From: Candidatus Culexmicrobium cathedralense
GTDB taxonomy: Archaea; Thermoproteota; Methanomethylicia; Culexarchaeales; Culexmicrobiaceae
Length of the DNA stretch: 64,000 nucleotides
Assembly (NCBI GenBank): GCA_025061115.1
Contig: JANZKC010000001.1
Span: 640,001 to 704,000 of the forward strand
Direction of reading: 5' to 3'
Part shown: one piece after another, positions 19,935 through 30,446 of the stretch
Numbering within the stretch: the stretch's first letter is position 1
Layout of the letters: each line of letters starts with the position of its first letter
The notes under the pieces: generated by a model
What the model saw: the letters and a program-made list of their open reading frames with translations, nothing else
Database searches by the model: none
Told to the model about the DNA's origin: nothing
Position numbers and translations under genes: made by a program

Positions 19935-20207
19935 GCTCCTTGAATTATCCAGAGTCTTAGCAGCCTCAATAATTTCACGTTCAATAGGTCCTAAATTTTC
20001 TTCAGCAACCATTAGGAGCCTTGAAAGACTAGGCCCAAACGAAGGTAACCCCAAACCTAGAAGCAGAAACTTAATTGCAAAATCAGCAGCTTGCTAACAC
20101 TTTAAACATGCCCAATTAAAATCCACTCTATCGGCATCAGCCATAGCTGAAGAAAATTCTCCTTAAATGAATTCCACTCATCCAAAGTATTCTTTTTCAT
20201 CAAGCAT
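19935..20207 (-). pseudogene. HEPN-domain protein remnant
   Basis: Manual translation MLDEKEYFG*VEFI*...DFNWACLKC*QAADFAIK...IIEAAKTLD with three in-frame stops; 3' boundary approximate. Confidence 0.7.
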
Positions 20208-20313
20208 CCAACTTACATCCAAACTTTAATCACCACTTCAAAAATTAATTAACTTTACCCGAACTGCGATAAGGCAACCTAATCCTAAAGGTCACGGAAG
20301 AATTGCCGCACAG

Positions 20314-20748
20314 TCATGGCGAAACTCGAAAGCGCCTAATGTGCCTAACCCTCTCAGGATCATCAATCTTCCCAATCAGCTTCTCATCAGCAGTGTAGAG
20401 CACGGCGTTCAACTCGTAAGCTAATGCTGCGTAGGATGCATCATAAAGAGTTAAGCCCTTCCTCATGGCAATTTCAACGGCTTTCAAAGCAACTCCACCC
20501 TTCAAGCTAAACTCGGTGAATTGACAGTCCTCCAATATCCTGGCAACCTCCTTCAACTCATCCTCACCAAACTCGCCAGAATACTTCAAAGCATTAAGAA
20601 CTTCATAGTACACTAGGCTGGGGACAACTACGTCAATCAAACCACTTGCATAAGCATCCCTCAGCAGGCCAGCCTCCCTAGAATAATCCTCCTCAACAAA
20701 CCACTTACAAATAACAGATGCATCAACAACTACCTTCGCTCTCTCCAC
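20314..20748 (-). CDS. vapC: VapC PIN-domain toxin
   Basis: VVDASVICKWF, YEVLNAL, YDASY, TAD. Confidence 0.9.
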   Translation of the reverse strand: MERAKVVVDASVICKWFVEEDYSREAGLLRDAYASGLIDVVVPSLVYYEVLNALKYSGEFGEDELKEVARILEDCQFTEFSLKGGVALKAVEIAMRKGLTLYDASYAALAYELNAVLYTADEKLIGKIDDPERVRHIRRFRVSP

Positions 20749-20978
20749 CGCCTAATCTCCTCCACACTACTCCAACCCTCAACCCTACGCACCAACTTTT
20801 TAGAGCGCAAAACCGCCCTCCTAATCCTAGCGAAATCCTTCTCCTCCCTTCGAGCCAACTCCCTAGCAACGACCTCGGCGATAGCTCGCCTCACAACCTC
20901 GCTCCAATTAATATGCCTAAGCTCATCCATCCTACGCTTCAACTCCCTATCAATCCTAAAACTAACAACAACACTCAA
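20730..20978 (-). CDS. vapB: RHH-type VapB antitoxin
   Basis: VVSFRIDRELKRRM..INWSEVVR...SVEEIRRWR; overlaps vapC. Confidence 0.85.
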   Translation of the reverse strand: MSVVVSFRIDRELKRRMDELRHINWSEVVRRAIAEVVARELARREEKDFARIRRAVLRSKKLVRRVEGWSSVEEIRRWRERR

Positions 20979-21257
20979 CCCAACCACCAAAACGTAATAC
21001 AATTATCGTAATATAAATATTACTCACCTAGAATAGGAAAATGCGACGCCAACAAGAATGCATCTAAAGATCACCCACCACAATCCCGCAAGCCCAAACC
21101 ATCATTAGACAAAGCAAAACACTTAGGAAAACAGCCGCAACATTCATGGCATTCGCACCATACGCACTTGGATTGACAGCAATTATAGTAGGAGCGCCTG
21201 GGCAAACTATAACATTAAAATATGCTTAAATGCAGGTATTGGAGGGAGTGATTAAAC

Positions 21258-21947
21258 TTGAAAAACATTGGGATCATAGGTGGATTAAGCCCTGAATCGA
21301 CAATTCTATACTACAAGACGATAATTGAGGAGTATAGGAGGAAATTTAAAGATGAAAACTACCCAAACATAATAATTTATAGCGTAAACTTCGGCAAATT
21401 CACGAAGCTAATCAGCGAAGGTAAAGATGAAGCGGCAGCAGAAATGTTAGTTGAAGCAGCAAAATCACTTGAAAAGGCAGGTGCAAGCTGCATTTTAATA
21501 GCTGCAAACACGCCGCACATGCTCCTAAACTACATAAAAGCGCGAGCGAAAGCACCAATAATAAGCATTATAGATGCCTTAGCGGAAGAACTCAAAAAGG
21601 ACAACGTAAAAACAGTAGGGCTGCTGGGAACAAAGTTCACATTAACAAAGCCATTCTACATTGAAGGCTTGAGAAAACACGGCATAAATGCATTAACGCC
21701 CCAGCCAGAAGACATAGAGCTAGTAAACAAAATAATCTACCAAGAACTAGTAAAAGGAATAGTGAGAAACGAGTCGAAAAAACAGCTAATCAAAGTAATC
21801 GAGAAACTAATCGATAATGGAGCGCAAGGAATAGCGCTTGCATGCACAGAACTACCACTACTAATAACAGGAAAAGTAAACAACATAAAACTCTACAACA
21901 CAGCAAAAATCCACGCAATAAAAGCACTTGAATACGCAACCAAATAA
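21258..21947 (+). CDS. Aspartate/glutamate racemase family protein
   Basis: IGIIGGLSPEST, AANTPH, GLLGTKFT, ACTELP. Confidence 0.9.
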   Translation: MKNIGIIGGLSPESTILYYKTIIEEYRRKFKDENYPNIIIYSVNFGKFTKLISEGKDEAAAEMLVEAAKSLEKAGASCILIAANTPHMLLNYIKARAKAPIISIIDALAEELKKDNVKTVGLLGTKFTLTKPFYIEGLRKHGINALTPQPEDIELVNKIIYQELVKGIVRNESKKQLIKVIEKLIDNGAQGIALACTELPLLITGKVNNIKLYNTAKIHAIKALEYATK

Positions 21948-22205
21948 ATTTCAACTCACAATTCCAATACCGCCACCAGAATAAGCTTAATCTCATGCCT
22001 TAAAGTTAGAACCCCACCAATTCACACACCTTATTTAAGCCCATCCTCCTAACCTCCTCAGCAAGCCTCCTCCAAGCTCCAAGATCGATCCCCCCACTCG
22101 ATGCTATGGAATCCAAATCCAGTGAGCTTGACTCCCCCAAACCAGCCCCGATAAACATGAATTTACATATAAAATACCCACAAACCATGGAATAGGCGTC
22201 AAGCA

Positions 22206-22358
22206 TTGGGTAAAGTCATCATGGTTTCTGATGAAGTTTATGAAAGACTTAAAAGCATGAAGAAACCCGGAAAGCCCTTTTCCGACGTAGTTAAGCATCT
22301 ACTAGAATACAAACTTAGACTATTCGCTTATTTGAGTACTAAGCTCCAACTCATATGA
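22206..22358 (+). CDS. DUF217-type VapB antitoxin (short, possibly truncated)
   Basis: Not in ORF track; MGKVIMVSDEVYERLKSMKKPGKPFSDVVKHLL (50 aa). Confidence 0.65.
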   Translation: MGKVIMVSDEVYERLKSMKKPGKPFSDVVKHLLEYKLRLFAYLSTKLQLI

Positions 22359-22370
22359 AATTTAGGCTTG

Positions 22371-22793
22371 CTAAAATATTCTCTTCAAAGGCGTGTTATC
22401 GAAATCCGCATCATTTGTTACTATTTCCTTGGCACCTGCCTTCAGCGCCGCTGCAAGGTGTAATAAGTCTTCATAATCAAGGCCATATTCTTTCATCAGT
22501 TCAGCCGCCCGAACATAATCCTCAGGCTCTAGCCTAACGATTACTAAACCCTTGAGATGCGTTATCGCATTAACAATGCTTTCCACCAGCTGTTTATCCC
22601 TCAGGTTCCTGCCCGTTAAGCCCGCCATGATTACAAGTATCTCATATATGGTCAGACTTGACGTTACGTATTTCCCTCGGGAGCTTCTTTCAATTAACCT
22701 TACCCACCTATATGCCGTTTCACCGTAGGTTGGATGATCACCCAACCAATATATGAAGACATTGACATCTACATATCTTTTGACATCCACCAC
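22371..22793 (-). CDS. vapC: VapC PIN-domain toxin
   Basis: YVDVNVFIY, YEI, DYEDLLHLA, TNDADFD. Confidence 0.9.
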   Translation of the reverse strand: MVDVKRYVDVNVFIYWLGDHPTYGETAYRWVRLIERSSRGKYVTSSLTIYEILVIMAGLTGRNLRDKQLVESIVNAITHLKGLVIVRLEPEDYVRAAELMKEYGLDYEDLLHLAAALKAGAKEIVTNDADFDNTPLKRIF

Positions 22794-23014
22794 TCCCTAA
22801 TCACCCTAACCATAAATTCATCCAGATCCTCCGGCCACCTAGCAATCTTGAAAGCCCCAAAAAATTTTTCAGCAACAGGCTCTACGGGCTGAATAACCAC
22901 ACTTCTCCCCTCCACCTTAACAGAAACATAACCCCCCTCCTTCACATTAATCCTCTCCCTAATCTTTTTGGGAATGAGAATGCGGCCTCTCTCATCAACT
23001 CTAACTATCTCCAC
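22769..23014 (-). CDS. AbrB/MazE family antitoxin
   Basis: VRVDERGRILIPKKIRE. Confidence 0.9.
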   Translation of the reverse strand: MEIVRVDERGRILIPKKIRERINVKEGGYVSVKVEGRSVVIQPVEPVAEKFFGAFKIARWPEDLDEFMVRVIREWWMSKDM

Positions 23015-23308
23015 CCCTCACACACCCACCAAAAATAACATTCCCACATATTTAAAATTTCCCACAAAACACCAAAATATTTCCCCCTTTTAAAACTCTT
23101 AAACTTCTACCAATTGTTCAACCTAACACTTCTATATTCAAATATTTGAAGATATGGTTAACGTTTAAGCAAACTTATACTGCACAATTCTTTTTAAATA
23201 TAAATCACATAAAAATATTATAATTTAATCAAAATAAATTATTATAAGTGATAATATTGTTCAACTTAAGGTCAGCAATTAACAAATTTAAAAATGTTTG
23301 AGCAAACA

Positions 23309-24544
23309 TCACATAAATTCGGTGAGTTTCTTCAATTTATAGCGGGACAACATTTCCCTATATCGCGATACTAATCTAATACATTTTTCAACTCTTTCAC
23401 GAACAATTCTGTCGGTCTTAATCTTAGGCTTTTTTAAAAGATAATTTTTAGGGTCAATACCTACTTCAGAAAAGATTTTTCTAATTCTAGCTACTTCTAA
23501 TGCTGATTTTTCTGCATTATATAGTCTAACTTCTTCTTCAAATCTACTTTTCCCACTTCTCCTATTAGCCATAATGGAGTCAATTGTTATTCTACCAGAG
23601 TTTAGCTCTGGCAGGTAATCCCTTAAAGCAATTGCTTTTTCAATATTTAAATATGAATAGTTGGTGGTGCTTAAAATCTTCTTTTCAATATCCCTTTGCC
23701 TTAACATGTCAGCTATTTCCTCGGATATAACTGGTCTTCTATGATTAGGTCCGATTACATCAATTCCTATAAATGGAGAGACAAGATCACGCGCAGTAAT
23801 CTCGTCATATTTATGAGGAGTTTTACTGAACTTAACGTTAACACCATAAATAACAACAGGTTCATCAAGACTCCGCTCTAGTTCCTTAGACAGCTTAAGA
23901 GCAAAAACATGCTTTGAATATCTTGTGACAGGATTAGAGCCATCATAATCAACACAGATAAAATTTGTAAGTAGGTTATTGTTTCTATTAGCCATATCAA
24001 AGTACATCTTAACAATTCTATCACGCAAACCTCTTGACACTTCCGGAATTGAAAGAGCTATTGACTTATTAACACTAGAAGCGGCCTCTAAAAAACCCTG
24101 AATTATAGGAAGAACATATCGCTCATTAACACGATTAAAAATAGGAGTACATAAAACATCAACTTCAACTGCTCCAAAAAGCTCCAAAATATACTCTCCA
24201 ATTTTAGCTGGATATCTAAACCTAAGAGTAGGTTTAGCCTCAATTTCAGGTACAGCTACAACAAGCTCATAGTCTTGAGCTTTCCTTGCAGCTCTTCGAA
24301 TCTTATAAGTGAAAAGATACTCCTCATCTAAATTCGACCATAAGCGCTTAAGTTTATCAGGAGTTATCCTAGCATAAATCTCCACTACTCCTCTGCAATC
24401 CCTAAGTGTAATTACTCTATCCTCCCTAGCGTTGCCAAACAAAACTCTCACTGGAGTATAAAAGGTGCCTCTAAAGTGCTTTACCTCCAAAACCCTACCA
24501 GCAATACTCTCCACATCTTCAACGTACTTTGCCTTAATGGTCAT
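23309..24544 (-). CDS. Hypothetical 411 aa protein, putative highly divergent TGT-like TIM barrel
   Basis: N-term GRVLEVKHFRGTFYTPVR recalls the TGT R.G.....G...TP motif; alternating beta/alpha pattern; GIDVIG late in the barrel. ORF solid, fold inferred. Confidence 0.55.
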   Translation of the reverse strand: MTIKAKYVEDVESIAGRVLEVKHFRGTFYTPVRVLFGNAREDRVITLRDCRGVVEIYARITPDKLKRLWSNLDEEYLFTYKIRRAARKAQDYELVVAVPEIEAKPTLRFRYPAKIGEYILELFGAVEVDVLCTPIFNRVNERYVLPIIQGFLEAASSVNKSIALSIPEVSRGLRDRIVKMYFDMANRNNNLLTNFICVDYDGSNPVTRYSKHVFALKLSKELERSLDEPVVIYGVNVKFSKTPHKYDEITARDLVSPFIGIDVIGPNHRRPVISEEIADMLRQRDIEKKILSTTNYSYLNIEKAIALRDYLPELNSGRITIDSIMANRRSGKSRFEEEVRLYNAEKSALEVARIRKIFSEVGIDPKNYLLKKPKIKTDRIVRERVEKCIRLVSRYREMLSRYKLKKLTEFM

Positions 24545-24608
24545 TTTATAGTCCTCAAATTAAAAAGCAATAATCTAATATACAAACTTTATTTTACAGT
24601 TAAATGCA

Positions 24609-25250
24609 ATGGCAAACCAAGCGAAAAAGATAGAGATCAACAAAATACTAAGCAAAATAAGTGAAGAAAGGGGTGCTGAAGAGTGGACTTTATCAATATT
24701 ATATGCCTCAAAACAAAAAGCCCTAAAAAGCAAAGTACATATACAAAAAGCATTATTCCTAGCCTCAAAATACATAAATGAATTGAAAGAAGAATTAGAG
24801 TTTAAAGCCTATAGACTAGGACCTTACAGCGAAGAAGTAGAAGACATTATTGAAGTGCTAGAATCCAGCAACTACACCATAAAAAATGAGAAAAGAATAG
24901 TCCTAACAAGTAGGGGCTTAACAAAAGCCAAAGAAATCTGGAAAAAACTAGAAGAAGACAAGAAAATCATACTTAAAAACATTGTAGAATTAATAAACAA
25001 TCTAGATGAAGATGAACTACTCTTATACATCTACACAAAATATGGTTTTAAAGAAAAATCAGATATCATAGACAAGTTACTGCGAAAAAGAAAACTCATA
25101 GCCTTAAATATGCTGAGAAAAGGCGTAGTATCAACATCACTAGCAGCAAAAATTGCGGGAATGACGCTAAGAGAATTCATAAAATACGCCAAAAGAAAGG
25201 GGGTAAAAATCTATACTGCAGAGGATGACGACCTTGTCGTCACAAAGTAA
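24609..25250 (+). CDS. Panacea(DUF4065)/YwgA-like wHTH fused to UPF0175 antitoxin domain
   Basis: HIQKALFL...FKAYRLGPYSEEV N-domain; C-term LRKGVVSTSLAAKIAGMTLREF. Confidence 0.75.
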   Translation: MANQAKKIEINKILSKISEERGAEEWTLSILYASKQKALKSKVHIQKALFLASKYINELKEELEFKAYRLGPYSEEVEDIIEVLESSNYTIKNEKRIVLTSRGLTKAKEIWKKLEEDKKIILKNIVELINNLDEDELLLYIYTKYGFKEKSDIIDKLLRKRKLIALNMLRKGVVSTSLAAKIAGMTLREFIKYAKRKGVKIYTAEDDDLVVTK

Positions 25251-25749
25251 TGAAAAGTACTGCTTAATCATAAACTCATCAACAATAATAACCCTAAACG
25301 AACTCGATCAAATCAACCTAATCAACAAGGCAAAAGAAATAGCAGAAATATACATTCCAAACGCAGTAAAAATGGAAGTAGGAAACAACATTCCAATCAA
25401 AGCAAAAGCAATACAAATAAAAAACAACGCCATACCACCCCTCATAAAATCATACCTAGAAGGATTAGGAGAAGGGGAAAAAGAAGTAATAATAACAGCA
25501 TTAACACTGAGCCAAAAAACAGACAAAACAAAAGTAATAGCAATAACAGACGACAAACAAGCAAGAAGAAAATGTAAACAACTAAAAATAAGAGTAAAAG
25601 GAACATTAGGTCTAATAAAAATACTAGAAGAAAACAACATCATAACAAAAAGAGAAGCGATAGAAATCATAGAAAAACTACCAAAAACAAGTCTATACAT
25701 AACCAAAGAACTAGTAGAAAAAGCAAAAGAGCAAATATTAACCAAGTAA
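25225..25749 (+). CDS. DUF3368 PIN-like toxin
   Basis: IINSSTII, IPNAVKME, LGEGEKEVI, TDDKQARR, KGTLGLI. Confidence 0.85.
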   Translation: MTTLSSQSNEKYCLIINSSTIITLNELDQINLINKAKEIAEIYIPNAVKMEVGNNIPIKAKAIQIKNNAIPPLIKSYLEGLGEGEKEVIITALTLSQKTDKTKVIAITDDKQARRKCKQLKIRVKGTLGLIKILEENNIITKREAIEIIEKLPKTSLYITKELVEKAKEQILTK

Positions 25750-26146
25750 AATAAGCGAAAACTCAAAATTTGGAATTATCAAAATCACCTCAATGTTAAC
25801 AAGCCACACAATTGCATATACAATTTAGATGCAAAGCACTAAGTGATGGAGAACCAACAATTTGCCTCACTGTCTTTCTAGCTCTCTTTAAAATGTCATC
25901 TGATCGTACAAGACCCTTAGCTTCACTTAAAATTATACATGGCAGACAGAGAACTAATCAAAAAATTCCCAAACACAGCAACCCACATAAAACAATACAC
26001 ATAACCAATTTAAGCCGAAAAAGTACAGCTCCATCCTATTTAAAATTGTAGTAAGTTGCATCGCGGTTAGGTATCCCACATCGCCATAGGGACTAATTTT
26101 GCTTCTTCCTCGCTTACTAGTGCTCCTCCATACTGTTACATTATGT

Positions 26147-26980
26147 CTAAAAATTCTTCGGCTTCTTTTGTTGCGAAGATGGCGGCTGTAATGGTGGAGT
26201 TATAACTGCTTCTTGAATTAGTTCGCCAAATCTAGTTCCAATTAGAAGTGCTCTAATACCTCGGTTTCGTTCAAATAGAAATGCTTTCTGAACTCTACTA
26301 TAATACTCTGAAATTAATTCCAATAATTTTACATATTTAGGATTACTATCTAACAAAATTACATCTAAACCAAGTTCCTTAAGTACGAAGAGATTCAACG
26401 GCTTACCATGAGTCTCTACTTCTAAGACAAACTTCTTTAGGAGATCCTCATATTTCTCCTTATTCTCATTAAACTTACATTTTACATAGGTGTCCAATAC
26501 ATGTTGAACATAACTTAAACTTCTCAAAGATTCTTGGTAAAGATACATGTCTTGAGCTACGTAGAGTCTTGTAAGACCCTCTGCTCCAAGCTTTTGATTT
26601 ACAGCTAGATTGGGCAGAGTTTCTTCAATAAGTCTCTTATATGCAATAGCTAAAATGACTCTGAGACCACGTGGAGATTGAACTATTAACTGAGGATCTA
26701 TGGGTCCCAAAGATGTAGATGAGGGGCCGAGAACACGATCAGCAAGTAAAGCTAATAATGTTCCCGCAGACATAGCAATACTAGGGATAATAACATTAAC
26801 ATCATTAAAACCTAAACCCTTAACTTTACTAATAAACATCTCTGGAAAGTGAATGTCCCCCCCGAGAGTCGACAAAATAACATATAGATGACCATGATTC
26901 TCTAAGCGAAAACGTATAAGCGCCTGCTCAATCACCTGTATGGCATGAACATTCAACATACTTCCAATAGGCAATGCCAA
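26147..26980 (-). CDS. SDH_sah/ClpP-class serine protease (possibly 5'-truncated)
   Basis: LSTLGGD, IPSIAMSAGTLLAL, SLGPIDPQ, THG. Confidence 0.82.
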   Translation of the reverse strand: MALPIGSMLNVHAIQVIEQALIRFRLENHGHLYVILSTLGGDIHFPEMFISKVKGLGFNDVNVIIPSIAMSAGTLLALLADRVLGPSSTSLGPIDPQLIVQSPRGLRVILAIAYKRLIEETLPNLAVNQKLGAEGLTRLYVAQDMYLYQESLRSLSYVQHVLDTYVKCKFNENKEKYEDLLKKFVLEVETHGKPLNLFVLKELGLDVILLDSNPKYVKLLELISEYYSRVQKAFLFERNRGIRALLIGTRFGELIQEAVITPPLQPPSSQQKKPKNF

Positions 26981-27095
26981 CTAGGAAATTTAAAAGTAAG
27001 TCGACTCAAGGTAAGGATTAAGAGGGAGCTTCAAAACAAGCAGAATATGTTAATACGGCAGTAACACATTTATATAGCATCAATATTCAATTTTA

Positions 27096-27335
27096 ATGGT
27101 GGCCAATTTGTCCACGATCACGATCAGAATAGATCCTGAGATTAAGAGGCTTATGAAGAAGTACAGCTACATCAACTGGAGTGAAGTCGCTAGGAAAGCA
27201 ATCATCAAGAAGCTAAGGGAAGAGGAAGAGAAGAACATTGCTGAAGCACTACTCATAAACGAGGAACTCAGGAGAAAAGCTCCAAAAGATTGGGACTCAA
27301 CGGAGGCCATCAAAAAATGGAGAAGACAAAGATAG
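27096..27335 (+). CDS. vapB: RHH-type VapB antitoxin
   Basis: TITIRIDPEIK..INWSEVAR..STEAIKKWR; paralog of 20730-20978. Confidence 0.88.
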   Translation: MVANLSTITIRIDPEIKRLMKKYSYINWSEVARKAIIKKLREEEEKNIAEALLINEELRRKAPKDWDSTEAIKKWRRQR

Positions 27336-27736
27336 TCGTAGACGCAAGCATCATTGCAAAGTGGTTCCTAATAGAAAAGTACAGCGACGAAGCGCTGAAA
27401 GTAAGGAACGATTACATCAAAGGGCTGATAGAGATAGCAGTTCCCTCCCTCCTAGAATATGAAGTGCTAAACGCGCTTAAGTACAGCGGCGTCTACACCA
27501 CAGAAGAACTCAAGAAAATAGGACGGGCACTAAACAACTACAACTTCACCACCCACGAACTACAAGGAGAACTAAAGCAACGCACAATCCAAATCGCAGA
27601 GGAAAACAACATCACAATATACGACGCAAGCTACATAGCACTAGCAAAAACACTCAAAACAAAACTATACACAGCAGACGAAGAACTAATCACAAAATTC
27701 CCAAACACAGCAACCCACATAAAACAATATACATAA
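27290..27736 (+). CDS. vapC: VapC PIN-domain toxin
   Basis: VVDASIIAKWF, YEVLNALKYSG, YDASY, TAD; paralog of 20314-20748. Confidence 0.9.
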   Translation: MGLNGGHQKMEKTKIVVDASIIAKWFLIEKYSDEALKVRNDYIKGLIEIAVPSLLEYEVLNALKYSGVYTTEELKKIGRALNNYNFTTHELQGELKQRTIQIAEENNITIYDASYIALAKTLKTKLYTADEELITKFPNTATHIKQYT

Positions 27737-28334
27737 CCAAACCGACAACCTAAGACAATTAAAAGAGGAAAGCCCACCAAGCATCAACCTCTATTTTAGG
27801 AACAATCCCAACAGCAACTCTAAAATTACAGGTATGCCGATAACCAAAACTAAAATTAATGCCGAGAAAAGAACAGCAACTGAAACATTGAAAGTTATTA
27901 ATAAGCTAATTGAACTTAGCATCCCCAACACTCAAACCCCTCTCAACAAGAGAAACATATAGTAAACTATCGTTTACCCTACAAAACTTTCGTTTACTAG
28001 AATACCTCAATCAACATGAAATCACACTCAGAAATTCATCGGCAAAACATTTAAACTTCACATGTCAATCACACTAATTATCCTTTTTAACGCTAAGAAG
28101 TTTAAGAATATTAATGAAACTTAACTATTGCTAATCCGCTTAGACTTAGGAGTTAGATTGATGGTGTTAGAGTTAGGCTGATTAGCATTAAGGTTAAATT
28201 TATGATCAAAATGTTCTCGCCCTATCTTAGACTAGGAGTAGCCCACTGAAGGCTGGAAGAAACAGATTATGGTGGTTTAAAAAATAGGAAAATACAAATA
28301 TTACCAATTAAATATTATTGGTACGAAATCTAAA

Positions 28335-28565
28335 ATGGAAATTAAACTTATAGACGATCAAGGAAGATTAGTACTGCCAAAAGAATGGAGACAGAAGCAT
28401 GCTAAGAATAGAAGAATCATATTGAGAATAGAAGGTGAAAGGATAATAATAGAACCCCTCAAACTCCCAGACCTAACCAAGTTCTTCGACTCCATTGAAG
28501 CTGAAATTAAATCAGACCTCTCCAACTGGAAGTCTGTGAGGAGGGAACTACTTGAGATTCGTTGA
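28335..28565 (+). CDS. AbrB/MazE family antitoxin
   Basis: IDDQGRLVLPKEWR. Confidence 0.88.
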   Translation: MEIKLIDDQGRLVLPKEWRQKHAKNRRIILRIEGERIIIEPLKLPDLTKFFDSIEAEIKSDLSNWKSVRRELLEIR

Positions 28566-28975
28566 TGCAAGCGTCTTCGTCCATGCATTCATAAAACCCA
28601 AAAGAAAACTTAAACCACATGAAATAAAAATAAAGGAATCAGCTAAAGCAATAGTGAAGAAGATAAATGAAAGCGAGAAAGTTGGCTTAACCGTAATACA
28701 GCTAGCTGAAATCGCCAACATACTAGAAAACTACATGCCATTAGAAGATGCATTACAAGTTGAAGAATTCCTCCTATATGCTCCAAACGTAAAGATATAT
28801 GGAGTCACAAAGAAAAAACTGCATAAAAGCCCTGAAAGCAGCTAAAAACAAGATAGTAGCATTAAACGATGCAATAGCATACATAGTAATGCTGGAAAAC
28901 AAGGTAAAGGAAATATATTCCTTCGACAAGACTTCGACAAACTAGAAGGAATAAAAAGAAAAACCCAAATAAATG
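28552..28975 (+). pseudogene. vapC: VapC PIN toxin, frameshifted
   Basis: MRFVDASVFVH; C-terminal LNDAIAYIVM..EIYSFD..DFD continues in other frames after about 28815. Confidence 0.78.
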
Positions 28976-29634
28976 AGCAATCAAACATAAAATAACCAAG
29001 CAATCTGAAACTCCAATTGTAAGATCAACCCATACAACTCTCTCACACATAGCAACCAATTACATTAAACTTAAAATAACTTCTGTTGGTGTGGAGACCA
29101 TCTCTACACCAATTAATGATTCCTTTCTAATGATAATTACATAGTCCATATTTGCCACAAGCTCTACTGTAACTGATCCCTTCTTATCAGCATATGCCTC
29201 GAAAATCAGTGTGTCATAAATCTTCTATTACTAGGAAGATATGTTAAGACTTCAACACCACTTACTGGCTTTTCATCACCCTGGTGCGGTGTCATGTATC
29301 GCACCGATAATAAGTGTGACTTTCTGAAAAACATGCTCAGATGCTAAATCAACATGCGTCATAACGTCAACAAGCCTACGCTAATGCATTATAAAGTCAA
29401 GCTATATTCCTATTTATTTTATAGTGTTGGATATGGAAATTTGTTATCTATAATTACAGCTTAACGTGCAGTTTCTCTTTATATATTTATAGTTGCTACA
29501 ATTCATTTTATCAGAACTTTTCCGAATTATTGACTACTTTTCAATAAAAAGAAACATTTTATAAAAATGGTGCTTCAAACCTTCGTTACACGTCTTCTAA
29601 AACAAAATAAGAGATTAACATAGCTACTATGAAG

Positions 29635-29838
29635 CTATGGTGATTTCGTCTCTTTAAATTTCTCGCTTGCCTGCTCTCCCCCGATACCCCAGTTTTCCTT
29701 GGATACCTCAAGTATTACTACTTCAACTGCTCGTGACGGTATTCCAAGTTCCTCGAATACCTTGGTGACTCTCCTGATTATCTTGACTTTAGCCTCCCTT
29801 GAAACTCCACTCCACATGTAAACGTGTACTATTGGCAT
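29635..29838 (-). CDS. 4-oxalocrotonate tautomerase family
   Basis: Catalytic Pro1 (MPIVHV), VEVVILEV..ENWGIGG. Confidence 0.9.
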   Translation of the reverse strand: MPIVHVYMWSGVSREAKVKIIRRVTKVFEELGIPSRAVEVVILEVSKENWGIGGEQASEKFKETKSP

Positions 29839-30097
29839 AAAGACCACACCACCACATTATGCCATGTAATTAAAATAAGCATTTTGCACTTACATCCTCG
29901 AGGAGTTGCCTCTTCAGTAAAGAGAGCTCAAATCCCCTATATGAATATTGTATAATAACCCTAGCCCACTCCTACCTCACCATTTTGACTGCATCATCAT
30001 ATAATGAATCTTTTCAAACTTAAATGACAACTAAAAATAAGAATAAATTTAAAAGAATATATCATAGATTAAAGACCAGTAGGGGTAAGGTGACTTC

Positions 30098-30355
30098 ATG
30101 GGCATAATAGGTTGGAGCATCTTAATCTTCCTCTTCGGCCTATTATTCTTCGTATTTGGAGGACTTATCGGAGCTTTTATTGGATTAGGATTAATCGCTC
30201 TTGGAGCGGTAACACTCATAGTAGGAGGATTATTCAAAGGAATAAGAGGGATCTATAAATCCACCAAATATACTCGATGCCCATACTGCAAAGAAATAAT
30301 CCGTAAAGACGCAACAATATGCCCCCACTGCCACAGAACAATAAGAGGAAAGTAA
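30098..30355 (+). CDS. Small membrane protein with C-terminal zinc ribbon
   Basis: Two TM helices then CPYC...CPHC; GGTGA RBS. Confidence 0.8.
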   Translation: MGIIGWSILIFLFGLLFFVFGGLIGAFIGLGLIALGAVTLIVGGLFKGIRGIYKSTKYTRCPYCKEIIRKDATICPHCHRTIRGK

Positions 30356-30446
30356 TGAAAGAGGTAACATCACTAAAAGACTCCAATATTATTATTTATA
30401 TTAATGTTATTCAGTATTAAATAATGAATTCTACGAGGAGAAACCT

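Noticed and set aside
22006-22206. 66 aa minus-strand ORF
   Set aside because: Only the C-terminal half looks protein-like; probably a remnant I cannot assign
26060-26135. Possible short peptide (VSEEEAKLVPMAMWDT) after GGAGG downstream of the SDH protease
   Set aside because: No canonical start codon and too short to support
29060-29420. Possible degraded coding sequence
   Set aside because: No continuous frame or recognisable family
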